From Chitinophagaceae bacterium (GTDB lineage: Bacteria > Bacteroidota > Bacteroidia > Chitinophagales > Chitinophagaceae): a stretch of DNA of 64,000 bases. Where the stretch lies: the NCBI GenBank assembly GCA_049318705.1, contig JBMOFV010000009.1:31655-95654 (forward strand), read 5' to 3'. Shown in pieces: positions 19,175 to 28,592 of this stretch. The first letter of the stretch is position 1. The number at the start of each line of letters is the position of its first letter. The notes below the pieces were generated by a model. It was not told the DNA's origin. It saw nothing but the letters and a program-made list of their open reading frames with translations, and ran no database searches. A program made the translations under genes and the position numbers.

Positions 19175-19357
19175 TTTCCGATGACACATTCATTATAGTC
19201 CAATTTCGTCTATGACTCATTGTACTATATTCATGTAGTATCCCCGTAAGTATGGCTGTAAGCCTTCGTACCTCAGTCACACCCATAACAACGGGGCCGG
19301 CTGGAATTTACCACTTCACAACTCAAATAGTCTTTGAACTATTTATCGTTGGAATTG
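19175..19357. mobile_element. Nested module B (183 bp) inside the family-1 element
   Basis: Flanked by GTATA on both sides (19170-19174 and 19358-19362). The 16112 copy has a single GTATA at 16280-16284 with nothing inserted (empty site). Confidence 0.65.
19243..19302. repeat. 60-bp sub-module C present only in this copy of module B
   Basis: Absent from the otherwise collinear module B at 28470-28592. Bounded by the short inverted repeat CCCCGT ... ACGGGG. No clear target duplication. Confidence 0.45.
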
Positions 19358-19727
19358 GTATAACAATACAGCTTCATTGCCCGCGCCTTGAATCTACAGC
19401 ATTTCTGAGTTATTCAGGAGCCCCCAGTTAGCTCTGTTTATAATCGGTGCAGTCAAAATTTGTATGCGCCAAAAAGTATCCACAAAGAACAATTGCAAAA
19501 TGAGGTAAAGGATCGGCCAATTGCACCATAGTTTTTGTGATAGTTATTTAGGATTGCTTGATTTATTGAAAAGCACAATGAATCTTCGAAAACAAAAATA
19601 TATGACCAGAACCCCGCTTGAATGTAAGTGATACAAGGGTTTTGGCAGATTCATTGCTCCGGAAAAGGAATTCAGGGGTAAAAACGAATATCGATATCCG
19701 CAGGCTTCCTTTAATTTTGCGCCCACG

Positions 19728-20765
19728 ATGCAATACAGGAAACAAATTGGGTGGTGGTTGATGACCGGAGTGATTATGATAGTGATTCAAGTGGTATTGG
19801 GAGGGATCACGCGTTTAACCGGATCGGGCTTGTCCATCACTGAATGGAAACCCATTTTGGGAAGTATTCCTCCTATGAATGAGGCCGATTGGAATCATGC
19901 CTTTGATTTGTATAAGTCTGCCACCGGACAGTACAAGTATCTGAATGCAGATTTTACCTTGTCAGATTTTAAATTCATTTATTTCTGGGAATGGTTGCAT
20001 CGAAACTGGGCGCGATTTATTGGCGTGGTTTTTTTGCTTCCCTTTGGCTGGTTTTGGTATAAAAAGGCATTTACACCAGAAATGGTACCCAAACTCATTG
20101 CCTTGTTTGTGCTGGGAATTGCACAAGGACTGATTGGCTGGATTATGGTAAAGAGTGGACTGACCGATGATAACCTTTACGTCAGTCATATCCGATTAGC
20201 TATTCATTTTGTGTCGGCGTTGGTATTATTGGCTTTTACATACTGGTTTGCCATGGATGTCATGATACCATCATCCGCTCGTCAGAGCAATCCGACTTAT
20301 CATCGCTGGGTCACATTTATTTTAGGGTTGTTGCTGTTACAGCTAGTTTACGGTGCATTTATGGCGGGTCTAAAGGCCGCAAGTGCTGCAAGTACCTGGC
20401 CGGATATCAATGGGAGTTATTTTCCGGAGGCACTTGTGCATCAAAATTGGGTGAATCATCCTATTGTGGTTCATTTTGTGCATCGTACCCTTGCTTATCT
20501 GTTGTTTGTGGCCATTCTTTTTATAAGCATTCGGTCGGCAAAAATGAATGGAAGTTTATTGTGGAAGAAATGGCGTTTTTTGCCCATGATCCTTGTATTC
20601 ATTCAGGTTTTACTTGGAATCGGGAGCGTGCTCATGGCTACCGAAACCCAAAGAAATGGATTTGGGGCCTTTGAATGGGCAGCGCAGATACATCAAATTG
20701 TGGCCATGTTTTTGTTGATGGCGCTTCTGTTTCATCTTTTTTTGGTGAGAGATCAAAAAAGCTAA
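19728..20765 (+). CDS. ctaA: Heme A synthase (COX15/CtaA family)
   Basis: 345 aa, polytopic. VVLGGITRLTGSGLSITEWKPILGSIPPMNEADWNHAF..YK...EF..IYFWEW.HR, with conserved His-containing helices (IHFV, VHFVHR). Confidence 0.85.
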   Translation: MQYRKQIGWWLMTGVIMIVIQVVLGGITRLTGSGLSITEWKPILGSIPPMNEADWNHAFDLYKSATGQYKYLNADFTLSDFKFIYFWEWLHRNWARFIGVVFLLPFGWFWYKKAFTPEMVPKLIALFVLGIAQGLIGWIMVKSGLTDDNLYVSHIRLAIHFVSALVLLAFTYWFAMDVMIPSSARQSNPTYHRWVTFILGLLLLQLVYGAFMAGLKAASAASTWPDINGSYFPEALVHQNWVNHPIVVHFVHRTLAYLLFVAILFISIRSAKMNGSLLWKKWRFLPMILVFIQVLLGIGSVLMATETQRNGFGAFEWAAQIHQIVAMFLLMALLFHLFLVRDQKS

Positions 20766-20851
20766 GCCCAACGATTTTTAAGAAAAAGACGTCTTTTTGA
20801 CAGTGATATTCCTAATTTACAGGAATAAGTATTAATTTTCACCTTCTAAAA

Positions 20852-23152
20852 ATGTGTATGATGGGCAGAGCTCTACAGTCTATTTTATTTATATCCTTCG
20901 CCTTGTTTCTGAATGGGATGATTCAAAAATCGTTTGGACAAACACCTCCAAATTGTCCACCATCTTATTCGGCTGGATATGTAATCACCGGAGATTCAGT
21001 TTCTTTCTGTTTGGATGGAGTTAATTTAACCTGTAATGCCTTTTCTTCATTGAATTCTACGGATTCTTATGCCGTAAATAATATTGCTTATAATCCTTAC
21101 CCATGGGTAGGTGCGAATCAGGTTTTGGTGAATATTGATGATGCCTGGAGCCAGGTGGTTACCTTGCCTTTTGCCTTTTGTTATTTTGGACAGAAATATA
21201 ATCAGGTGCAGATTGGCGCGAATGGGCAGTTATTTTTCGGGAATACGCAACCGGTAAATATGGGTGGAACAAATCCATGGGCGTCCAATGGAACTGTTGC
21301 GCCAACGTTTAACAACGGAATGAATAACTGTATTATGGCACCCTATCACGATATTGATCCGGGGGTATTTTTTGCAAATTCCAATGTAACCTGGGATATC
21401 TATGGTCAATATCCATGTCGATATTTGGTGGTTTCCTGGGACAGTATACCCATGTTCTCCTGTAATAATCTGATTGCCTCCCAACAGGTGGTGCTGTTTG
21501 AATCAACCTACCTGATTGATATCAATATTAAGGAAAAGCCACTTTGTTCTACTTGGAACGGTGGGGTTGCGCATGAAGGTATTCAAAATGCCAATGGAAC
21601 AGTTGCATTTATGGTGCCGGGCAGAAATGGAACAATTTGGACAGCCACCAACGATAGTTATCGCTTTTCGCCGGCAGGTGTACAAACCGTCAATTACCAG
21701 TACTATTGGGTGGATATACCTACAGGGGATACGATTGGAACTGGTCAAAATCTAAATTATTTCCCTACCCAAAGTACGCAGCTTACCGTACATTGTTATG
21801 CCGTAACTGATTGTGACACGATAGAAGCCTTTTTCGGAGATACAATAAATGTAGTGGTTACCGGTAATGTTATTGCTGATTTTGATTTTGATGTGATGTT
21901 AGGTTGTGTGGATGATACAGTCACTTTTACGAATTTGAGTACCAGTACGGCAGGTGGAACACCAACTTATCAATGGAGTTTTGGTGATGGTACTCTGTCC
22001 TCTGCTTTTGATACCACGCATATTTATTTTAACCAGGGTGTGTACAATGTCACTTTAATTGCGGGAGATAATGGCTGTTTGGACACAATTACAAAAAGTA
22101 TCGATCTGAATCATCCAATCCTGGCGGGTTTTGCGGCAACTGGCCCAACTAAGATTGATTCAGCCTGTTTAGGCGATGCTATGACGTTTACCGCAGGGCC
22201 TAGTTCGCAACCACCCACCGGTTTTATCACATACAATTGGGATTTCGGCGATGGCAATACGATAACGACCACAACGGATCCAACCTTGCATACCTATTCA
22301 GCGCCAGGCGTTTATACCGTAACGTTGACCGTGACAGATACGCTCGGATGTACGGATGATTTTACGCATTCTGTTTTTGTGGATAATCCGCCTTATGTGG
22401 CTTTTACCATTTCTGATGATGATATTTGTATGGGGCAGCCGGTTTATTTCAGAGATACGATGGCCGCCTACACGAAAAGTTTCACCTGGGATTTTGGAGA
22501 TTTATTTACACTTACGGATGTGCACAATCCAACACATACTTATGATTTAACCGGAATTACGAATGATATGAATGTTTATCAGGTGACCCTTACCGGTAAA
22601 TATGCGGTATGTCCGGATGCATCGGTTTCTCAAAATATTACAGTTCGCGCTTATCCAATCATCAATTTGGGTAAGGATACCATGTATTGCCCGGGTTTAT
22701 CGGGAGCCATTCAATTGTCTGATCCGAATTCTAAACACGTGAAGTCTTACGAATGGAGTACTGGTGAAACTTCATCTTCTATTTTGGTGAATCAAAGTGG
22801 ATACTTTTGGGTGAAGGCTAGTAATGGAGAATGTACCACCACAGATAGCATCACAGTAAAACGCGATTGTTATCTCAATGTACCGAATTCATTTTCACCG
22901 AATAGTGATGGCCTGAATGATTACTTCCTGCCAAGGGAATTGCTGAGCAGTGGAGTTGTTACCTTCCGAATGAGTATCTATAACCGTTGGGGAGAACAAA
23001 TATTTACAACCACTGCCATTGATGGTCGTGGATGGGATGGAAAGTATAACGGTCAGGATCAGGGACAAGGTGTATATGTTTATGTCATTGATGTATCGTT
23101 TATCAATAATGTCAAGAAGAATTTCAAAGGAAATGTCACTTTAATGCGATAA
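20852..23152 (+). CDS. Surface protein: Cys-rich N-terminal domain (possibly NIDO-like) + PKD domains + T9SS type B (gliding-motility-associated) C-terminal sorting domain
   Basis: PKD cores WSFGDGT, WDFGDGNT, WDFGD. The C-terminus CYLNVPNSFSPNSDGLNDYFLPRE...IYNRWGEQIFTT...GWDGKYNGQ.QGQGVYVYVI...KGNVTLMR is the type B sorting domain signature. Confidence 0.85.
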   Translation: MCMMGRALQSILFISFALFLNGMIQKSFGQTPPNCPPSYSAGYVITGDSVSFCLDGVNLTCNAFSSLNSTDSYAVNNIAYNPYPWVGANQVLVNIDDAWSQVVTLPFAFCYFGQKYNQVQIGANGQLFFGNTQPVNMGGTNPWASNGTVAPTFNNGMNNCIMAPYHDIDPGVFFANSNVTWDIYGQYPCRYLVVSWDSIPMFSCNNLIASQQVVLFESTYLIDINIKEKPLCSTWNGGVAHEGIQNANGTVAFMVPGRNGTIWTATNDSYRFSPAGVQTVNYQYYWVDIPTGDTIGTGQNLNYFPTQSTQLTVHCYAVTDCDTIEAFFGDTINVVVTGNVIADFDFDVMLGCVDDTVTFTNLSTSTAGGTPTYQWSFGDGTLSSAFDTTHIYFNQGVYNVTLIAGDNGCLDTITKSIDLNHPILAGFAATGPTKIDSACLGDAMTFTAGPSSQPPTGFITYNWDFGDGNTITTTTDPTLHTYSAPGVYTVTLTVTDTLGCTDDFTHSVFVDNPPYVAFTISDDDICMGQPVYFRDTMAAYTKSFTWDFGDLFTLTDVHNPTHTYDLTGITNDMNVYQVTLTGKYAVCPDASVSQNITVRAYPIINLGKDTMYCPGLSGAIQLSDPNSKHVKSYEWSTGETSSSILVNQSGYFWVKASNGECTTTDSITVKRDCYLNVPNSFSPNSDGLNDYFLPRELLSSGVVTFRMSIYNRWGEQIFTTTAIDGRGWDGKYNGQDQGQGVYVYVIDVSFINNVKKNFKGNVTLMR

Positions 23153-23221
23153 ATCCTTTCGGTCCTTAACATTTGAAGGTAAACATGCGTCTTAATGATT
23201 CATGACCTTCAATTGTTATTT

Positions 23222-26200
23222 ATGAAAAATCTGTTTTCTACCTTCTTTTGTTTGGCCCAATTACTTGGCTTCATTCAAATGTATGCCGGGCCTTCATCGC
23301 AATTGCATTTTGTTGAAAATGCTCGGCAATGGAATAATCAAGTTCTCTTTAAGTCTGATTTGCCCGGGGGGCATGTTTTTCTGACCAAAGAGGGATTTCG
23401 TTATTCTTTTTACGATCAAAAGGATTTAGAAAAGGTGCATGAAGAGCGACATCATGATTTTTATAAGTCATATCAGGTGCCGGTGCATTGCTACGCTTAC
23501 GATGTTCAATTTAAAAATGCCCGGATTAACTGTGAAGTAAAGCCCATCAATCAACGAAATTTTTACCATAATTATTTTCTGGGCAATGATCCAAAAAAAT
23601 GGGCTGGTCATGTAGGCGTATTCGAAGGGGTGCAGTATCAACAACTTTATGAAGGCATTGATTTACACGTTTATAGTGTGGGTACTTCTCTCAAATATGA
23701 TCTCATAGTCCATCCAAAAACCAAACCGGGGCAAATTATTATGCAGTACAAGGGCATACAGCCGGTGTTAAAAGAAAACGGGAATTTGATGTTGGAATTA
23801 GGGTTTAATCAAATTGAAGAATCAAGTCCTTATACCTATCAGATGATTGATGGACAAAAAGTGACCGTTCCGAGTCGATATGTTTTAAAGGGAGATGAAT
23901 TGAGTTTTGAATTTCCTGAAGGGTATAATCGGAATTATGATTTGATTATTGACCCTACGTTGATTTTTGCAACTTACAGCACTTCAACCGCAACTACATA
24001 TGGTTTCAGCGCAACTTATGATCTGTCTGGTTCTCTTTATGCAGGCGGAGAATGTTTTAATACCGGATGGCCTTCTTCAGTGGGTGCATTTCAACTAATT
24101 TTTGCGGGGGGCGTTGATGCAGGAATCAATAAATACACCCCTGCCGGGAATGCATTGATTTATTCAACTTACTATGGTGGTTCAGGATACGATTTGCCAA
24201 ATAATATGGTGGTGAATGCGGCCAACGAATTGGCTATGACCGGATCCACGGGTTCTTCCAATCTGCCGCTCACTGCCGGTGCTTATGACAATACATTGGG
24301 CGGGCAGTCCGATGCTTATGTGGTGCGTTTTAATGCCACGGGAACTGCTTTGCTTGGGGCTACTTTTGTGGGAGGTTCAAATTCGGATGCCCAAAATACC
24401 TTTAACCTGAGTCCGAACTACGGAGATGCAAACCGGGGTGAAATCTATTATGATGGACCTTCGGATGTGGTTGTAGCTGTAAGTACTCAATCAAACGACT
24501 TTCCTATTACAGCCGGTGCATTTCAGACAACTTTCGGTGGAGGAACGCAAGATGGATGTTTTTTTAAGTTAGACGGAACTTGTTCGAATTTGATTTTTAG
24601 TACTTATCTCGGTGGAAGCAACGATGATGCGTGTTTTGCCGTGGTAAAAAATAGTTTAGGAAATTGGGTCCTCACGGGCGGTACAGAAAGTAATAATTTT
24701 CCAACTACCGGAGCGGGTTATCAAATCGTTTATCAGGGAGGAACTGCAGATGGTTTTGTAAGTATTCTTGATCCGGGTGCCAGTACCATGATTTCCTCAA
24801 CTTATCTGGGAACGAGCGATTACGACCATGGATTTAAAATTCAAGTCGACCCCAATGATACGGTGTATGTATGCGGACAAACACAAGGTGCTGGATTTCC
24901 GGTGTCAGCCGGGGTTTACTCCAATCCCGGAGGTGGTATTTTTATTGCCAAATTAACCCCATCACTCAATAATATTGCTTTGTCTACGCGAATCGGTCAG
25001 ACCTCTGGCCTGGTACCAACTGCATTTTTAAAAGATAATTGCGGCAATGTTTATTTTACCGGCTTTCAGGCACAAGCCGGTTTGCCATTAACAGCCAATG
25101 CCTACCAATCCACCCCAGGCGGTTTTTGGTTGTCGGTATTGAGTGGCGATTTTAGTAACCTGGTTTATGCCACCTATATGGGTGCTTCAGGCGATCATGT
25201 TGATGGAGGTACTAGCCGATTTGATCCACAGGGAATTGTGTATCATTCCGTTTGTACGATTTCTGGAAATCAATATCAGTCGCCGGGCTGTTTATCTCCA
25301 AATAATTTGTCAGCCAGTTGGGATGTGTCCAGTTTTAAATTTGATTTTGAATTAGCCGGAGTGACCGCTGCATTGGTAATTAGTCCGAATGATTCAGGGT
25401 GTGCTCCATTCACAGTTAATTTTACCAATTTCTCCATAGCAGGCTTGAGTTATTTATGGGATTTTGGAGATGGAGGTACTTCTACTGCCGTAAGTCCGAC
25501 CTATACTTATTTGAGTCCGGGCACTTACACTGTTCGCCTGATCGCATACAATCCGAGTGGTTGTGTGGCTGCTGATACTGCTTATACCACCATTCGGGTC
25601 ATTGAATCGGTTGACGCTACTTTTATAGCTACACCACAGTTAGGTTGCATCGATGATACGGTTCAGTTCAATCTTACGGCCAATCCTATCGCTTCGAATG
25701 TTTCGTTCTTATGGAATTTTGGCGATGGCACCATTGGCAATACGATAGACCCATCTCATATTTATACAACACAAAATAATTATACAGTGACTTGTATCGC
25801 CAGTAATGGTTTTTGTAAGGATACCTTTCAAACATCCTTTGATTTGAAACATCCAATCGATGCACAATTTGCCAGCCTGTTGGTGGATCCGCCCAATCAG
25901 AATATCGCAAAGGACTCTTTTTGTCTGGATCAGCTGATTCGTTTTGATGCCGTTTTGTCCATTCCACAGGGTTCACTCAATTATCAATGGGATATGGGTG
26001 ACGGAAATACTTTAAATATGACCACCAACTTTCATGATTATACCTATGCGAAAGCGGGCTTATATACGGTTCGATTGATGGTGACAGATACACTCGGTTG
26101 TGTGGATTCAATCAAGAAAAATATTTTTGTCGATGAAAAAGGATTCGCCGATTTTTCTATTTCAGATGACAGCATTTGTTTAGGAGAACCCATCTTTTTA

Positions 26201-26890
26201 AGAGATAGCCTCGTGGGGTTAACGGATCGTTTTTATTGGCAATTTGGAGATGGTAATTTGGTGTATGATATTCATAATCCTGTTCATACTTATGATCAGG
26301 CTTCTGCGCCGGCATATACCGTTACATTAACAGCAGAGTATAAAGTTTGTCCCGATCAAAGTGTCACTAAGTCTGTTGTGGTTCAGGCGTTCCCGAAAAT
26401 TAACTTAGGGAAGGATACGGCCATTTGCCCCGGACTTACCGGCATGCTTCAGCTATCAGACCCGATGGCGTCCAATGTCAATCAATATTTGTGGAGTACG
26501 GGTGAAACAAGTTCTTCTATTCTCATTAACCAACCAGGTTATTATTGGGTAAGGGTGAATAATGGAGAATGTGCAATGACGGATAGTATCTGGATTAAAA
26601 GAGATTGTTATCTCAATATACCGAATTCCTTTTCTCCGAATGGGGATGGATTGAATGACTATTTTTTACCACGTGAATTGTTGAGTAGTGGATTAACTTC
26701 CTTTAAAATGAGTATTTACAACCGATGGGGTGAGCAGATATTTACCACCACTGCAATCGACGGACGAGGATGGGATGGCAAATACAATAATGTACCACAA
26801 CCACAAGGGGTGTTTGTTTATGTAATTGACGCCTCATTCATCAACAATGTGAAAAAGACATTCAAAGGAAATGTCACATTGATGAGATAA
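23222..26890 (+). CDS. Surface protein: N-terminal beta-propeller (SBBP-like repeats) + PKD domains + T9SS type B C-terminal sorting domain; paralogous to the preceding gene over the last ~430 aa
   Basis: Start taken at MKNLFSTFFCLAQLLGF (the ORF begins at 23195). Repeated ...STYLGGS..D.. segments; PKD cores WDFGDGGTS, WNFGDGT, WDMGDGNT, WQFGDGN. C-terminus CYLNIPNSFSPNGDGLNDYFLPRE...IYNRWGEQIFTT...KGNVTLMR. Confidence 0.85.
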   Translation: MKNLFSTFFCLAQLLGFIQMYAGPSSQLHFVENARQWNNQVLFKSDLPGGHVFLTKEGFRYSFYDQKDLEKVHEERHHDFYKSYQVPVHCYAYDVQFKNARINCEVKPINQRNFYHNYFLGNDPKKWAGHVGVFEGVQYQQLYEGIDLHVYSVGTSLKYDLIVHPKTKPGQIIMQYKGIQPVLKENGNLMLELGFNQIEESSPYTYQMIDGQKVTVPSRYVLKGDELSFEFPEGYNRNYDLIIDPTLIFATYSTSTATTYGFSATYDLSGSLYAGGECFNTGWPSSVGAFQLIFAGGVDAGINKYTPAGNALIYSTYYGGSGYDLPNNMVVNAANELAMTGSTGSSNLPLTAGAYDNTLGGQSDAYVVRFNATGTALLGATFVGGSNSDAQNTFNLSPNYGDANRGEIYYDGPSDVVVAVSTQSNDFPITAGAFQTTFGGGTQDGCFFKLDGTCSNLIFSTYLGGSNDDACFAVVKNSLGNWVLTGGTESNNFPTTGAGYQIVYQGGTADGFVSILDPGASTMISSTYLGTSDYDHGFKIQVDPNDTVYVCGQTQGAGFPVSAGVYSNPGGGIFIAKLTPSLNNIALSTRIGQTSGLVPTAFLKDNCGNVYFTGFQAQAGLPLTANAYQSTPGGFWLSVLSGDFSNLVYATYMGASGDHVDGGTSRFDPQGIVYHSVCTISGNQYQSPGCLSPNNLSASWDVSSFKFDFELAGVTAALVISPNDSGCAPFTVNFTNFSIAGLSYLWDFGDGGTSTAVSPTYTYLSPGTYTVRLIAYNPSGCVAADTAYTTIRVIESVDATFIATPQLGCIDDTVQFNLTANPIASNVSFLWNFGDGTIGNTIDPSHIYTTQNNYTVTCIASNGFCKDTFQTSFDLKHPIDAQFASLLVDPPNQNIAKDSFCLDQLIRFDAVLSIPQGSLNYQWDMGDGNTLNMTTNFHDYTYAKAGLYTVRLMVTDTLGCVDSIKKNIFVDEKGFADFSISDDSICLGEPIFLRDSLVGLTDRFYWQFGDGNLVYDIHNPVHTYDQASAPAYTVTLTAEYKVCPDQSVTKSVVVQAFPKINLGKDTAICPGLTGMLQLSDPMASNVNQYLWSTGETSSSILINQPGYYWVRVNNGECAMTDSIWIKRDCYLNIPNSFSPNGDGLNDYFLPRELLSSGLTSFKMSIYNRWGEQIFTTTAIDGRGWDGKYNNVPQPQGVFVYVIDASFINNVKKTFKGNVTLMR

Positions 26891-27448
26891 AACAACTTTT
26901 AGCGATGGGCTATGACCACCAAGATGGCATAAATCAGCGAAAAGATGAGCAGATACCAGGAGTAATCGTGTTTTGCTTTAACCGTTTTCATATCATTTAT
27001 ATTTCTTAAGTTTTTCAATGGTGTCATGGAATGGCCTAAGTCGGTTGTTGGAAGGTTCGTCAGTGTTTGCAATGCATCTTAATTTACAAACGCAGCAAGC
27101 GGGAGATTATTTAAATCGCTGCGATAAAATGAAAAAGGAATGGGATGAATGGTCTTAATTTTAACCCAAATTTTGTCTTGTCCATTGGACGTGGGGTTAC
27201 AAATAGGGGAGAAAGTGAAATTTGGGTCACTCGAAGACGTCATTAATCAGAGGCACATATTCTCACGAACTTATAAACTCCTTTTCAGGTCAGGTCATCT
27301 GAAACAAACCACTCTTTCAGTTTATCCTCATTTTGCAAATAGAATATTCATTCCATCCCCTTCCATCCAAATATGGTCTCTTATACTTTTTGAGAAAGGG
27401 ACTTAAAATAGTTTTTAGAAGCAGGCAGATTTTAATACCTTCGCCAAC

Positions 27449-28180
27449 GTGAATTTCAAGATTATAGTTGCACTCTGCCTGGTTTTCTGTTTTGGAATAT
27501 CTGGTATGGGTTTCGCTCAGGTGGCTACTCCTCCTGTTTTGCCATCCATGAGTATTGTTACCGAAAATGCCCAAAATATTTTGAGCTGGACTTCACAATT
27601 TGATGGCGTGAAATCTATTGCTGTGCAGAGGTCTGCGGATAGTGTTCGAAATTTTGTGACCATTGGCGTGCTGAGTAGTCCCAAAAAAGGGATTCAAAGG
27701 TACGTGGATGAATTACCCTTGGCCGGAAAAAATCACTACCGGTTATCGGTAAATTTTGCAGGTGATTTGGAGTGGTTCAGCAATACCTATAAAGTCTATC
27801 TGGATTCAGCCATCATCGCGAATTCCATGAAAGGAGCCATTAAATCAGGAACCACTAAATCAGTGCCTATAAAGGACACCGTGAATCATACCAATACCGC
27901 TTCCACGCCTAAATCAACCGAGTTTTATTACACGCCTTCCACGCATGTTTATACGAATCCTTATACGGGGCATATTAATATTACATTGGAGGATGCCCTG
28001 AGTAAAAAATATTCGTTGCGATTTTTTGATCCCAACAAAAATGAAGTACTAAAAGTGTCCCGTATTTCGCGGCCCAATTTGGTTTTGGACAAAAATAATT
28101 TCAATGCCAAAGGCACCTTTCAATTTCAGTTGTTTGAAGGAAATGAATTGAAGGAGACTGGTTATATCACCATCTATTAA
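27449..28180 (+). CDS. Hypothetical secreted protein
   Basis: 243-aa ORF with a GTG start and signal peptide MNFKIIVALCLVFCFGISGMGFAQ. Beta-rich composition; no family recognised. Confidence 0.55.
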   Translation: MNFKIIVALCLVFCFGISGMGFAQVATPPVLPSMSIVTENAQNILSWTSQFDGVKSIAVQRSADSVRNFVTIGVLSSPKKGIQRYVDELPLAGKNHYRLSVNFAGDLEWFSNTYKVYLDSAIIANSMKGAIKSGTTKSVPIKDTVNHTNTASTPKSTEFYYTPSTHVYTNPYTGHINITLEDALSKKYSLRFFDPNKNEVLKVSRISRPNLVLDKNNFNAKGTFQFQLFEGNELKETGYITIY

Positions 28181-28299
28181 AGGGGTTCCTGAATAACGCT
28201 CAAAATGAGTGGCAATGGGCATTCAAGCGAAATTTTAGAAACTCTTATGCACAATTTTTAAAAAATATTTCCAAAAAGCGGTCACTTGAGATTCTGAAT

Positions 28300-28415
28300 A
28301 CCGAAAGGAATTATGTAAAAGACCAATTAAAATTGGTCTAACATACTTCAAATCGGTATTTACTCCGCCGCGGCGGATAAGAATTGGTTTATATACCAAT
28401 TCACAGTCGCATAAT
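28300..28415. repeat. Nested module A (~116 bp), hairpin-dense insert unique to this copy
   Basis: Absent from the same position in the 16112 and 19003 copies. Contains ATACCGA/TCGGTAT, GACCAATT/AATTGGTC, the 14-nt perfect palindrome TCCGCCGCGGCGGA (28364-28377) and AATTGGT/ACCAATT. Confidence 0.55.
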
Positions 28416-28469
28416 TTTTCGCTACCCAGAAATACTGCATCTTCTTCGTTGCGGGCAAATCGCAGTATA

Positions 28470-28592
28470 TTTCCGATGACACATTCATTATAGTCCAATT
28501 TCGTCTATGACTCATTGTACTATATTCATGTAGTATCGGAATTTACCACTTCACAACTCAAATAGTCTTTGAACTATTTATCGTTGGAATTG
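28470..28592. mobile_element. Nested module B (123-bp form lacking sub-module C)
   Basis: Inserted at the same site as in the 19003 copy, flanked by GTATA (28465-28469 and 28593-28597). Confidence 0.65.

Larger units (their letters stand above)
19003..19425. mobile_element. Family-1 inverted-repeat element, 423-bp copy carrying nested modules B and C
   Basis: Termini GGGGCTCCTGAATAAC ... GTTATTCAGGAGCCCCC are perfectly complementary. Flanked by a perfect 5-bp direct repeat AGTTA (18998-19002 and 19426-19430). Confidence 0.75.

Noticed and set aside
28235-28498. 87-aa ORF on the minus strand
   Set aside because: It lies entirely inside the family-1 repeat element and crosses the junctions of the nested modules. 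The other element copies do not keep this frame open.
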